DNA of 64,000 bases from the human T2T-CHM13v2.0 reference genome, Homo sapiens. Position 1 is the first letter of the stretch. Each line of letters begins with the position of its first letter. The notes under the pieces were generated by a model that worked only from the letters and a program-made list of their open reading frames with translations, was not told the DNA's origin and ran no database searches. The stretch is taken from NCBI RefSeq assembly GCF_009914755.1, contig NC_060934.1; one strand, 5' to 3'. The translations under genes were made by a program, and so were the position numbers. This document shows, piece by piece, positions 12,651 to 29,039 of this stretch.

Positions 12651-15109
12651 GAGCTGCCTCTAAATTCCTGAAAGACGGGTAGCATTACTAATACTATGTT
12701 AGATTATTTTCTCAGCAAATTAGCAATATTTTTCATGTCTGTGAATGATCGAGTAATTCAGCTGGGATCATTTAGGAGGCATCAGATTAACTGCAAAAGT
12801 GACAGCATGTTCAAATCATACTCTCATGAAATCACATAGAATGGACAGTGGCTGAATATTTTGTTATTGTGAGGTTTTGCAATTTGGTCTTTATATACAC
12901 TAAGTCTTGTAGAAGTCTTGTAGAAGTCATCCTATTTTGCTTGTTTTTCTCCTCTAAACACCTATGCCCTCTCCATGAATACTGAGTGAAAGCGATGGTT
13001 TTCTTGAGGAAAGAACCACAGCTTTCTGATTCTAAACCTAGTACAAGCCCTGGCTCTGCCAATTTCAATTCAACAAATATTTATGCCACTCTCTAATCTA
13101 AGTCAGGTCAATTTATCTCTGTCCTCGTTTTGCTCAACCATGATGTGTACGTGCTTAAAAGGGAAATTATTCATTTGAAAATCTCTATCCATCTAAATGC
13201 TGGCTCTAAGGTAGTTTTGAGCTGGATAGATGACACCACTGGTCCAACTTGAACAAAGTTGTGCTTCTAGATGTCTCTTCATGTTTGCAGAGGCAGATGC
13301 TAACACGTAGAATGTTTTTATAAGAATATTCTTTTTTCTTTCTTATTGAAGAAAGAGCTCTTAGAAGAAATATTAATCTTATTAATATACAACCAAATAA
13401 TCCAACTTTTAAAAGCCAAGGCTATTTGCATTAGGTGTTGAGGCAACATATGACACGAATGATAATTTGCAATTGATCTAGAAAATCACCAGTGAAAGAT
13501 AAGATGATTAAGTCCAAATTAGCTGATGTAAAGTTCTAAGCTAATCCAGTTAATCAGAAAGCAGGCACTTTTAAACTTCCCTTTGTGCTACGTAAATACA
13601 GTCTTTTGTAATACTAATTTAATTCCTTATTTACATAAGCATGTAAATTTCTATTTGTTTTGACTGGCTAAATTTAAACACAGAAATATACATACAGTAA
13701 AGCAATCAAAATGAATGAAATAAAGAGTCCTATGCCTTAATATCCTTAAACGGTTAGCATAATTGAATGGTTTTCTTGAGACACTTGAACTTACAGGAAT
13801 TAAATGAGAACGATATGTATTTCAGAGTTATTTTAGGATGGCATGAAACTTGAATAAATTTTGAATAAAAATTTGAATAAACGTGCCATGATTATTATAA
13901 GTGACAAGTGTTAGCCTGCACATCAAGTAGAAAAAAGATTATTAGATCTTTTAATTTTCTCAAAATGTGGGAAATGTGTTAAAACTGATGGTATATAAAT
14001 TTCCTTGAACCAGTAATTAGTCTGTTTCTCTTAAATTACCTATTATGTCTTCATTTCTCCCTAAGAAATAGCTCCCATTTCCATTTACCTAGTAGTAGAA
14101 GACTTTAACAAGGTTATATCCTATTAACTCATGAGAGCAGAGCTTGAGCATTAACTATAGGTCATTACCCTGATCTTATTCCTATTACCACTCCCCTTGA
14201 ATATTTAGAAAAATCATTTAATTGCTGTTTTTAAATTTTACTCCAAAAAAGGATTAGCAATTTTTTAATCTACTCATTTCCAAAATACAAAAAATATGCA
14301 GAAAAATTTTACTTTGTCCAACATGGATTTTGACCAATTTCCAAATTCCAGGTGTTGTCTATATTTAAGGTGATAATTTTAAAATTTGTTGTAATTAGTG
14401 GATTGTTTGTAATTGCCTTTTGGGGCCTCCTTAAAGTAAGTCATCACTATTATCATAATAATGTGTGACAAAACAATTATACTGCATATGATGACATTTT
14501 TTCCATTTCTATTGCCAGAAAATATTTTTTAGCTATTGACTGATTTTTTTAGATGTTGACTAAACAGACACAACATACTATAACTTAATCTGCTGCTCTG
14601 CTTTGAGAGAATAAATGAGTCAAGATTCTTCGCTTGGATTGATAGTGGTTCCACTGGCAATTGTAGGAAATGCAATGGAATTTTAGTGAAGGAAAAAATT
14701 GAAATTGTTTGTCAGCATGTCAAGTTTCAGCTGCTCCACACGATTCAAAATTGGAGCTTTGACCCTGCCTAAGACCATGATGAACAGTCATTTCTTATTT
14801 GTGCCCTGTTTTACCTACTAGAATTCAAATTCTATTAGAGAATATATCATCATTTGCTCATTAAATAGTTAAATGAATGGTCCATTGTGAGAAAACTGAG
14901 GATTCCTTCCAAGAGTTTGAAATAAACCTCTGGAGAGCTAATTCAGAATTACAGGGACTATAGATTTCAGGTTCTTAGGCATGGGCAAGCAACTTTGAAT
15001 CAGATAGGAATGGACACCAGTTCATACTGTAGCTATTTTTTCTACTTAAAATTGTCTTACCTGTGCTTATATATTGATTGATTTTTTAATTTATTATTTG
15101 TTATTCTCT

Positions 15110-15258
15110 TTTTAGAGTTGGGGTCTTGCTCTGTCTCCCAGGTTGGAGTGCACTGGCAGAATCATAGCTCACTGCACCCTTGAACTGGGCTCAAGAGATC
15201 CTTCCACCCCACTCTCTCAGTTCACTGGGATTACAGACCTGAGGCACAGCACTCAGCT
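15110..15258 (-). mobile_element. Alu monomer (FRAM/AluJ right-arm-like)
   Basis: gggtcttgctctgtctcccagg...atcatagctcactgca...gggctcaagagatcc. Confidence 0.85.
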
Positions 15259-15844
15259 CTATAGCTTTGATTTAGTCTTAGAGAAACACAGAAAAACTAG
15301 AGTGATTTCAAATCCATTGTTCTATTTTCTCTTGAAAGGACACATTTTTCTGCACAGTGTATTCTAAATAGTTGATGATGCAAAAGAAAAAGAAAAAGGA
15401 GCTCATTTTAAAAAATGGGTAACTATTGCCAGTGTCTGTTAACTACTGGTAAAATTGTCTTTCAACAGAGAAAACTGAAAGTAGTACAAATGATAGTAGG
15501 GAAGTTTTAGGAAAATTTAATGTAGATGTGAAATGTGTCTGTTTGCCTCTTACTGCTATGGTGAGAATGGAGTTGCAGAGAACTGTAATTAACTGTCCAG
15601 GACAAATGGAGATAGCAAACATTGCCAGGCAGGCAAAAATGGTAATTACAAACTATAACTTACTCACTAGTTAATTGGAATAAGAACCTACATTTGAATC
15701 ATCTTGCATGATTTAGTTCTAGTCTAATGTGTTTGCTTTGTAAAGTCTAAAACCAGGATAGTTTCAGTAGACTTCAAAACAATGTGTGCTCTCTGTATTT
15801 TTCTATTAATGGTGTTTGTGACTTTGAAAATTTACAGGTTTTAA

Positions 15845-15900
15845 ATTTATTCTGTTCATTTTATTATGCTATTTATTCTGTTCATTTTATTATGCTATTT
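15845..15900. repeat. Perfect 26-bp tandem duplication
   Basis: ATTTATTCTGTTCATTTTATTATGCT x2 followed by ATTT. Confidence 0.95.
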
Positions 15901-16127
15901 GTAATTAGTCATTTATCTAGAAGAATAAGCACATTATGGTTTGCTATTATTCTTGAAAAATCAGGTAGGTTTTGTTGACCCTAGAACACTTTGTAAATGT
16001 ATTGCCCATTTTTGCTGAAAGTCAGGCTCTTTCAGGAGGGAAGATGAAGATTTTGATGGAGAAAATTGTTTTTGTTAGTTTTGCCAAATTAAAATTGTGT
16101 TCAAGTCCATGGGATGTACCAATGTGA

Positions 16128-16430
<303 letters not shown>

Positions 16431-18354
16431 CTGAATCTTTCACAATGACTTTGAACTTGAATACTAGTATTAGGCTGATTTTTTCCTATAGCCTCATTTC
16501 AGATTTGGATTAATTAATAAGGAAAGATATCATTCCATATAGCGCAAGAACTTCAAGGAAAGACGCTATCACCTGGTTTATGAAAACAGCAAGTGGATGG
16601 GTCTCAAGCAATATTTAAAAATTGAAAATAGACTAATTTATATTTCTATTACCTCAGTTCCCAGAAGGGATATCACATTGACTAAGATATCAAATGCTTG
16701 TCACTTATTCTCTCAAACATGCATTGCTTTTAAGAAACTTAAAACATTAATGCAAGACTTTGGCAACGTTGTAAATGTGTCCTCAGTAAGGAGGTAAATG
16801 TATATTCCGCTGAGTTAAGACAGCATACTTCGGCCAACATGAACTATAAAAGGAAAGTAATAGTTTTGTCTTAAAAGTGATGTAGGTATGATTGAGGGGA
16901 TAGTTGTTATTTTGTCTACCCAGTGCAGAAGCCATGTGGCCAATTTGATCAACTCTTAAAAATAAAGTAATAGAGACACAAGTTTTAAGCTGTTTTGTAT
17001 AAATTAATGCTTGATATATTTTCGAGGTAGATATTAAGTACCTTAGATTTTTTTAACCAACATATTTAAGTGTATACTGTAGAGTATCCAGTAAGCTCTG
17101 GTACATTACTCTTTGTAGCAAACAAAGAGTACATATTTGTTTGATATATGAAATACACTGGTACAAAATTCAAGAATGAAGTGATGTTCTGCTCTTAGGA
17201 TTGGTAATGCCATTCTATGTAAAGTTATTCTGTATGTCAGAATTTCATCTTATGACTGACTCAATGTGTTTATTGTGTGGAAGAATAGAGAGGTTCATTT
17301 TAGTGTATAGGTGTTGCCTTGTACGATTAGAGGCAAATATCTGATTTACTTAGGAACTAAATCAGAGACACGTTGGGATGATGTGTTATTGGGTTGCAGA
17401 CAGAAGAGTTCTGAGTTAGACTGTGTTAAACATATCAGCATGGGTTAATCTACAGAAGTTTGTAACCAGCTCTACAGAGAATGAAAGACCTTCAGCCTCA
17501 CTTTCAAGTAGAGAATTTTAGAATCACCCTTGGGCCCTGTTTTGTTAATGGAAATGTTCACAGATCCAGCTGTCCCTTGGCAAAATTGAAAAGTAGATAA
17601 CATTTAATGCCCTTTACTTCAAAGGGTATGACTTCTTTTCCCAAGGTGCTCACTGAGTCATTGTTGATCAGAAACGCCTCAGTGTTCAGACCATTACTGA
17701 TGGCCATCTTCATCCAAATGGTCTATTTTCTCAGGCCTTTGTTTTCTGTAAGTGTCATAATTAGTAATAATGCTCATATTGATAAATAATATTTTTGAGT
17801 GCTGTGTGTTTTGGGTTAGTAAAACCCTGTTAAATTCTCACTGGTTCCCAGTTCTGGAATCACTTTGAAGCTATATTCTGAGTTGTCTTGTCATAACAAA
17901 TTAACAGATGTAATCTAATCATTCTACGCACCTTCTAAAAGTAAGAATTTTTGAAATGAAATGTAACTTAATATTTCCTTCATTCTAAACTGATTCCTGT
18001 TTATTTTAGCAAAATGACTTCAATAAGTTAAATGGGCCTGTCGTCGTTTATCAGAATGAGCCATTTGCTTGTATTTGAAAACATGTACTTACGGAAAGAT
18101 CATTTGAATGAGAGCTCTGAGTTTTAGACCCACATACAGTACTAGCTAGTTGTGATAACTACATTAAGTCAATTCACCTTTCTGAACTTTAGTTTCATTA
18201 TTGGGATAAAATAAAGGGTTTTCTTTGATCATCAGTTTTCTTAAATTTACAACTAATTCTTACCTTACAACTTTAGTTGACTTAACATAGTTATCTTTCC
18301 TCTTTAGATTTTCTTTCTTAACAGTCCTTGGACACCCAATACTTTTCCCGTGAA

Positions 18355-18600
18355 TCATCCATCCAATCATTTGATAAACACTAATTGAGCACCTATTATG
18401 TTCCAAGCACTGCATGAGATGCTAAGGTCACAACAGTGGAAAAAAATAAGTGGCCCTTCTGCAGCTTGTAGTCTAGTGGGAGAAAAAAAGATTGATGAAA
18501 AAAATCAGACTATTTAATGTGAAATTACAAATGTGATGCATGCTGCAATTAGAGAGCAGTGTGGTCGCATGATAATGAATACAGAGAAATTTTCAAAAAA
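18355..18600 (-). mobile_element. L2 3' remnant
   Basis: aaacactaattgagcacctattatgttccaagcactg...gtctagtggga. Confidence 0.65.
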
Positions 18601-20693
18601 GAAAGGTAATTGCTAAGGCAAGTGTTAACCAGTGATGTGTCTGATGGATGTGTCTGTGTTGATATTTCTGACAAAGAGCAAATAGGAGCAAGGTGTGCAA
18701 ATAGATTAGAGATCAGGTAGGAGTCTTGTAAAGTATCAGTTTTATGATCCTGTCTATTCTCTGCAGAAATGTTGATTTAGTGTTTGGGACAAAATCTAAC
18801 TCTCACGGGACTTATAATTTAGAGGAGCAATCTAATTAACCCAAATTTGGTTATCCATGGCTTTCTGTGAGCTCTTTCAATTACATTTAGAAGAATAGTA
18901 TGGGAGGAAAATCCACAAATTCTAGGCATGGTTCCATCTGGATGTGTTTGTGTGTAGAGATTATTTCTGGTGCCATATTAGTATCTACTAATATGTATTA
19001 GTATGTATGGCTACCTGTCCTTATCTCTCAAGTCTGATTCTGTTCAGCATAGGTAAGCCTTTTTCTGAACCTCAAGGAGTGCTTTAAGCAGTGGGACGCT
19101 AGGAGTTTCTTGTTCATGGGTTAGTGCTAATCAGTTTAACAAATATTTGGAGAACCTATTCGGTGTCAAGCACTGTGCTGGCAATAAAGGCTATGTAGAT
19201 GATTAAGGATATGTGAAGTTCATAATTTAGTAACTTCCTAATTTAATAAGCTCAAAGTCTAATTATTTAGCAACTTCCACTATGTCCTTGTATGTGGAAT
19301 TTGAGAAAATACGGAAATACTTAGTCTTGGCTTTTAGAAATAATCACAGAAAAACAACATGGAGTAGTTATTTATAAAATAAGATTTAATTTCAAATGGA
19401 ATAATCTAGCTATGTTTACATTTCTCAAGAAAAATAGAATTGTTCCCTTAGAAGTTTTAAAAGCAGGCACTATCTGTCAAAGTTTTACCATGGCTGAAAT
19501 TTTTAACATTGAATTTAGTACTTTAAATTGGTGAAACTATGGGAGGTAATTCATATGTGTAATTAGCTAGACTTAGTCATTCCACAATGTATAGATACTT
19601 GGAAATATCATGTTGTACATATAATTTTCTCTGTCAATTATGATGAGTGAAGGAATGAATGAATAAGTAGATAAGTGGTGTCTATAATCCCTGAGTAAAT
19701 AACATACATAAGTGAAGCAAGTTTTTTGTCCCTGGAAGTTTTGGTTGAATGAGTAAATCTCTTAAGTGGGTGAGGAAGTGCACTAAATCCGAATGTACTG
19801 AGGTTGACTTGGGTCTCCGTTCTCTGAATACTCTTCTTCTGCATTACAGCAGTAGATGGTTCTCTTACCTAATACTCTTTCTTCATGTTTTTTTCCTAAC
19901 CTTCTTTAGCTATCATTTCTTAAATCTATTTACCCTTACTCTGTCAGAAAAAAAAAAAAGCCAGCACATATACACAAGGAAAACATCTTCTTGCCCCCAG
20001 TAGAGTAGACCTGACCTGTCTTAGAGGAAACTAGTCATGACTCTGTTCTGTCAAGCTCTGACCTAAGAGGTAAAGTGAGAAGAATGTTAATTTATAATAT
20101 TGAAACAACAGTTTTGCATACTTTTTCAGGTAAGGAGGCTTTGGTTCCTGTAAGTCAAACCAAAGAGACATAACTTAAGAACACTCTATGAGATTCCTCT
20201 GGGAGTTGGGACAAGAGCTCTGAGTACATGCAGAAGGGGTCAGTGCTGTGGTCAAAGATACTTGGCCTTCTAGAAGAGGCAGCTGTGCAACTCTATGAGT
20301 GTAGAAGAGAACTACAGGTATAGCCAATACTTGGCATTACCATAGGATGTGTCAGGATTAACTAGAAGGCACTCTCAAAGCCTTCCAGTAAAATAACCAA
20401 AACATCAGGAGAAAATAAGCGTAAGAAAGATGTTGATGAGAGGCACTCAGAAAAGGGAAAGATATTTTGCACATTATAATTGAGTTTTAAATCATCTAGT
20501 GGAATTACCCCTTAAAAGGGAATTTTATATCATGTAATTTTATCTAATTATCTACTTAAACATTGGAGCCAAATTCACTTATCCACAGCCTCTAATGTTC
20601 ATTTTAAGTGTGAAAATAGGCAACAAAAAAGTAAGCATATGAGTACAAACTAAACAATTTCCCCGTAATATTTTGGTAGTACACATCACTGTG

Positions 20694-21040
20694 AGCCAAG
20701 TGTGGTGGCTCAGGCCTGTAATCCCAGCACTTTGGAGGCTGAAGCAGGAGGATCGCTTGCAGCCAGGAGTTCGAGATCAGCGTACGCAACATAAAGAAAT
20801 CCCGTCTCTACAAAAAATTTAAAACTATTTTTTAAAACAATGAAACATTAGTTGGGCTTGTTGATATGTGCTTGTAGTCCAGCTACTCAGAGGCTGAGGC
20901 AGGAGAATCACTTGAACCCAGGAAGTCGAGGCTGCCGTGAGCCAGGATCATGCCACTACATTCCAGCCCAGGTGACAGAGTGAGAACCTGTCTCTAAAAT
21001 AAAAAGAAAAGAAAACAACAACAACCAGCAACAAACAAAA
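20694..21040 (+). mobile_element. AluJ
   Basis: ggatcgcttgcagccaggagttcgag and gaggctgccgtgagcc (J-type); A-rich/CAA tail. Confidence 0.92.
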
Positions 21041-21649
21041 ACATAATCTTGGGCACATGGAAGATCTCTCTTTCTTTCTAATTATATTCCTGCTCAAATA
21101 TTATGTTAAGGATTCAATATTTATTTTTTTATTGTTCATGAAAGTGTTTTTTATTGTTCTAAGATTAGATGTATCCAAGTTTATTCTTTCTTCAGCATTT
21201 GCTTTTTCTTGACTTCATGTCAGAAATTAAATACATCTGCTTTCCTAGTAGCAGAGAGGATTTGAATGAAGATCGACATTTCTGGCTGTCCTTTCTGAAT
21301 AATGTTTCCACTTGAACTTGGCAGTTTAACAATACTTCCAATAAATAGTGCCATAGAATAATTCACTTACTGTTTAATGCCACTGTTTTAAAATCTCCTG
21401 CTACCACCTTTCTCCATATATGGTCTTCCCTGGATCATATTTTGTATTTGTGAGCACTCTGATTGAAAGTTAGTGTGCGGAAAATCTTGAGCTATTCAAT
21501 AAATGCAGTTTAGTTACCAAAAACTTAGGTTCAGGTATCAGACATTAGATTGTAGTCCCAGTTTCTACCAATATCCAGGCTTGCTTAGAGCTTTTCACAC
21601 ACTGCATGAACCTTATATTGGGGCTGATAGTATTATATAGAGCCTGGTT

Positions 21650-22250
21650 ATCTTTCAAGTGATCCCCACCCTATCTCCCTGGGGGAAATCTCTGCATTTA
21701 TTCTGTTGTTCTGGCTACCAAAATCCCCTTTCTCTGTTTTGATTCAGCATTTCTCCCTTTACATTGGCTCACTTCATGTGGTCCTGGAGGAGCTATCAAT
21801 TAAGGTGTTGCCATCCCCAAAGGGTAGGCACAGGACTCAAGCTTGGCCACTTGGATTCTCTTACTTCTCAATTTGGTTCTTAAAGTGACACACAAGGATG
21901 AAAACAATTGGAGCTGCATTTTTCTTTAAAGTGACTGTCCATTGATTTATTAGGTTGATGCAAAAGTAATTGTGTTTTTTGCCATTATTTTAGTGGCAAA
22001 AAAGACAGGACCCAGGGAAGTTCTGAGCGCTACGTTTCACATTATTTTGGTTCAAAAGTAATTGCACCAACCTAATAAAATATTTAGCACTCAGACCTTC
22101 CCTGGTTCCTGTCTTTATGTGGCCATTTTGTTCAGTTTTCCTGTGATTCTGAATCACGCAGTATCCTTCCAACAAATCCCTTTTATTTTTGCTTAATATG
22201 GAATCATATTCAAGTTTGCCTAAATTTCTGTGGTTTATAACCAAAGGATT
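21650..22250 (+). mobile_element. Old ERVL/MaLR-type LTR remnant hosting MADE1
   Basis: 3' end tccaacaaatcccttttatttttgcttaa...tttctgtggtttataaccaaag. Confidence 0.45.
21950..22075. mobile_element. MADE1 (Hsmar1-derived MITE), rearranged
   Basis: ta|ttaggttgatgcaaaagtaattg...gcaccaacctaa|ta; 126 bp instead of 80 because of an internal inverted duplication. Confidence 0.9.
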
Positions 22251-23559
22251 ATAGCAGTATTGGGGGCCCACTAGACTGGAATTATTTCTAGTCTTTAAAA
22301 TAGGTTGATTGTTTTGTTTGGCTAAGGGAACAACCAGATAAATTATATTTTTGAGATCTCTGAATCTGACTTTGCAATTAAAGTGCTTGGACTGAATCTA
22401 GATCATAATTTCGAAGTTCAGGGAGAAGAAGGTTTCTGCGGGTATCTGCTGGATACTTTTCATCTTGGGTAGGCTATGCAACCTGCTGGATGGATTCCTG
22501 TAGAACATCTTCCACTGTAGCTGGCATGTGTCTTGTCTAATGGGAGTGCTATGCTGACATCCAAGCTCTCTCCATCTGTGCTTCTCCATGAATCTCTCCT
22601 TTGTTTATTTCTATTGTACCAGCCATGTTTGTGCTGGCTCCTTGTCCATTTCCCAATTTAGTGAAATTTTCAGGATAGCTTACATAGTATTTGTTATTTG
22701 GCAAAAGGGCTTGGCATTCCTTTAGAACTGATGTTATTAACACTTTGGCAAAACTCCCTTTCTTTATTCAAGAGGGCAGAACAGAGTACTCTTTATGTGC
22801 AAGCAAATTCACCCAACTTTAGTTTCTTTTTTTTTTTTTTTTTTGTCAGTTTTGGCTCTTCTCAAGCATCTATACAAAGTTATATCTTGACCAAATATGG
22901 GCACAGATGTTCTTTTACTGTACAGCAAAACTGCTGATCGTGATAAGAAGGTATCTGTGGGTAGGTTGTGTAGGTCCAGGAATTCTTTGTGATTTCATGC
23001 AGCATTTGATGTGGCATATACTTTTATAAAAAGAGTCAGATATTATGAGATTTTTAATGTTTAATAAATAAAAACAATTTAAACCACAAATAAACAAAAA
23101 AATACTTAAAAACTTGACTTTTCTATTAGGCTATGGAATATTTAATGTCTGAATCCGTATTAGGAATGAATGAATCTCTATCCAGGCCTGAGGTCATTCC
23201 AAATTTGTTAGAATAGAAGTGGGCAGCCATATTCCGAGGGATAACATGCTGGATCTCTGTTACGCCACCAATTTAAATACATGCCAGGGAGGTGTAGAAA
23301 AGTTTCCTGGGGCACTCAGAATAATCCTATCCCTGGTGTCACTCAACTGCCTTTGGAGGCATTGCAGCATAGGTTCTTGTGCTCAGTTTCATCAAGTGCC
23401 AGCTCTGAGGAGCACGAATTGCTATCTGAACACATCTAGGTTATATATGAAAATAACATTTTTCTGTCATTAGAGAGCTGTATCTTGAGCTGTTTGCTGA
23501 TACAAGGAATGAGTCTATGTTTATTTCCCTACATTCTTTTGTACCAGTTCCCTAGGGTT

Positions 23560-23755
23560 CAGAAAATGTATAGGATTTGAAGTGAGAAGAACTAAAATCA
23601 ATTTAAGCTTCACTAATTTAATAGTGGTGTAACCTTGGGTGAAACATATAAGCACTCTGAGCTTTAATTCCTTAGTCTGTGAAATGGGGATAATGATGCT
23701 ATCCAAATCCCACAGTTACTCTGATCATCAAATGAAATCATGCATATTATAAAAT
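23560..23755 (+). mobile_element. MIR remnant
   Basis: gtaaccttggg...ctctgagc...tccttagtctgtgaaatggggataatg. Confidence 0.65.
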
Positions 23756-24781
23756 GTCTTTTTGAGTTATTACCAGCAGATGGTATATCATGCATTTTGA
23801 AATGATTAGTCAAGTCTAGAGGTCAGCGTTGAATTATGAATCTAAGTCCTTCTCCTTCTTGAATGAACAAACTAAATTACAATGCCAGGTTTGCTGATTA
23901 TCAGATCCTGATGCTTGGCTTATAAATCAGCTGTAAGGCTATATACCTATTTCTGTTTTTCAAAGATGAGTGCATTTGAAATCCAATAACTAGAAATTTT
24001 CTTCTGAGACAGAAATGGATTTTTAGGGTAAGAAAGGTCACATTTCACTTCATTTTTAAATTTTAATCTCAATTTCTGAAGTCCCTAACTTCTAACAAAT
24101 CATCATGTAGGTCATACTCTATCCTTCTTTAAAGGAGGAGGGAAAGTGCGCATTGTTAGCCATCTTGAACGTACCAAGTCCTGTAATATGCTCAGCACTT
24201 TTCCTGAGTGCTCTCACTACATCCTCACTCTGCCACCATCATCTCTTTCCAATGTTTGTTCCCATAGAACCCTCCTTTTTTTATTTCTTTCAGTTCTTTC
24301 CTTTTATATGTAAAACAAAGAAGATGAAGGAAACATTTTCTTATAAATTAAAGACAAAATACCTCCCCTGTAGCCCACATATCTGTAAGAGTTCAATGAA
24401 ATCCTAGGTGACAACTCTTCAAAGAAAACCCCATTGAAGAGCATTGTTTGGGTGTTTTGTGTAAAATGCTGGTTTGTTTGTAGAATGTCCTCAGGAGAGC
24501 TGCACTGTCATCCCTGTCTTATTGCAATGGAGCTGTAGGAACTTAACCTCTTCAAATTGCATTGACCTTCTCTATAACAGAACATTGGCCTAAGCCAGGT
24601 CTGTATCCTTAGCCAGCCTTTGAATCATCAAATTCTGGGCCTTTGCCTACATGTAACTGTTGTGAAAGCAATACATATGCACCTGGCTTATCAGCTGAGA
24701 CGTCAATCAGTCCTCTAATTCTTTAACCTCTTCTCTTTTGCATCTGGGTAAAAATAAAAAGGTAGGAATGTTTGTAGAGTA

Positions 24782-24909
24782 CTTGAAAGAGCTTTATTTT
24801 TCTTTACAGTGTTCATGGTAAAATAGTAGTTAAAAAATAGGAAATCTTGAAAGAGCTTTATTTTTCTTTACAGTGTTGATGGTAAAATAGTAGTTAAACA
24901 ATAGAAAAT
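24782..24909. repeat. 64-bp tandem duplication (3 mismatches)
   Basis: CTTGAAAGAGCTTTATTTTTCTTTACAGTGTT... begins at 24782 and again at 24846. Confidence 0.95.
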
Positions 24910-25217
24910 CAGTTATTTGAAAATGCTTGAGAATTTTAAACAAATAATCCAGAATTTAGAATTGATATTTCACAGTCCATGTTTACCAAAAATATTGCTG
25001 GGTTCATTCACTGTTGTTTGATTACCAAAAGAACAAAAGTAAGACAGAAAGATTACAGATTCTTTCTTTAGCAAAGTTTATTTCTTGGGATAATGACTGC
25101 TTTCTTATAAAGCGGAGCCCTGTTAGGATAAGAAAGAGGTGGCTCTAATTATTTCAGGGCCTCATAACACAAAAGATGGAAATTGCCTTAGCTATTCCAT
25201 TCTTATTTTGCTGCCTA

Positions 25218-28130
<2,913 letters not shown>

Positions 28131-29039
28131 GAACAATGAGAACACATGGAGACAGGAAGGGGAACATCACACACCTCGGCCTGTTGTGGAGTAGGGGGAG
28201 GGGGGAGGGATAGCATTAGGAGATATACCTAATGTTAAATGACAAGTTAATGGGTGTGGCACAGCAACATGGCACATGTATACATATGTAACAAACCTGC
28301 ACTTTGTGCACATGTACCCTAAAACTTAAAGTATAAAAAAAAATAAAAATAAAAATAAATAAAAAAGAATTCAGAATTGGGTGAAAAAGATATGTCAGGT
28401 CTTTTTCTATTCCCAAATAGTTGGCTAAATGAGCTATCTGAAGAAAACGTGTGTGGGAATTTGTGCTTGTATTCTTGCTCATAATTCTGCTTGTGTGTAT
28501 AACTCAATAATCTTAGCTAGCTGTAAAATTATTTCATATTTGGTTGGCTTGCTTTGTATCATGAGTACAGTGTTTCAGAGATGGAAAGTCCTTAGTTGCA
28601 GTTAAAGATTTTGTAAGTACCACTCCCTAGGACACTGATTAAACTTTTACACTAGGTTTGTTAAGGAGGTAATCCTTCTGCGGGTCATGAGTGACCTGGT
28701 TGAGAGAAAAGAGCTGACTGGGCACAAATCCACTTCCCACCCCAGTACTCTCCACACAGTGAAGATGACTGGAATAGCCAAACTGATGTCGATGGAGCAC
28801 TTTGGAAAAGGAAGGCTAGAGCTCTTTCAATTACACCATCGAAGATGTTCTCCCTGACCATTAAATGCTTTTGACAGTTTCCATGTCTATAGCTTACAGT
28901 TTATTCTGCTTTTCTAATAATGAACTCTTCTTTCTGTTTTAGGAAATACAAAGGTAAACAGTTAAACATGTGTAATTTTTTTTAAACTTAAATAACTCCA
29001 TGTCTAAAACAAGGAATTGTGAATATACTATTGAGAGAC

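Noticed and set aside
17725-17755. 13-nt micro-exon ttttctcAG|GCCTTTGTTTTCT|GTAAGT
   Set aside because: Short pyrimidine tract and weak exonic donor positions; expected by chance
22422-22513. Pre-miRNA-like stem (gaaggtttctgcgggtatc / gattcctgtagaacatcttc)
   Set aside because: Depends on several G-U pairs and a bulge, with a loop of about 45 nt; matches no miRNA I recognise
28194-28210. G-quadruplex as a novel element
   Set aside because: Standard G-rich tract of the L1 3' UTR
28682-28697. GGGTCA-tgag-TGACCT as an estrogen response element
   Set aside because: The spacer is 4 nt; an ERE needs 3
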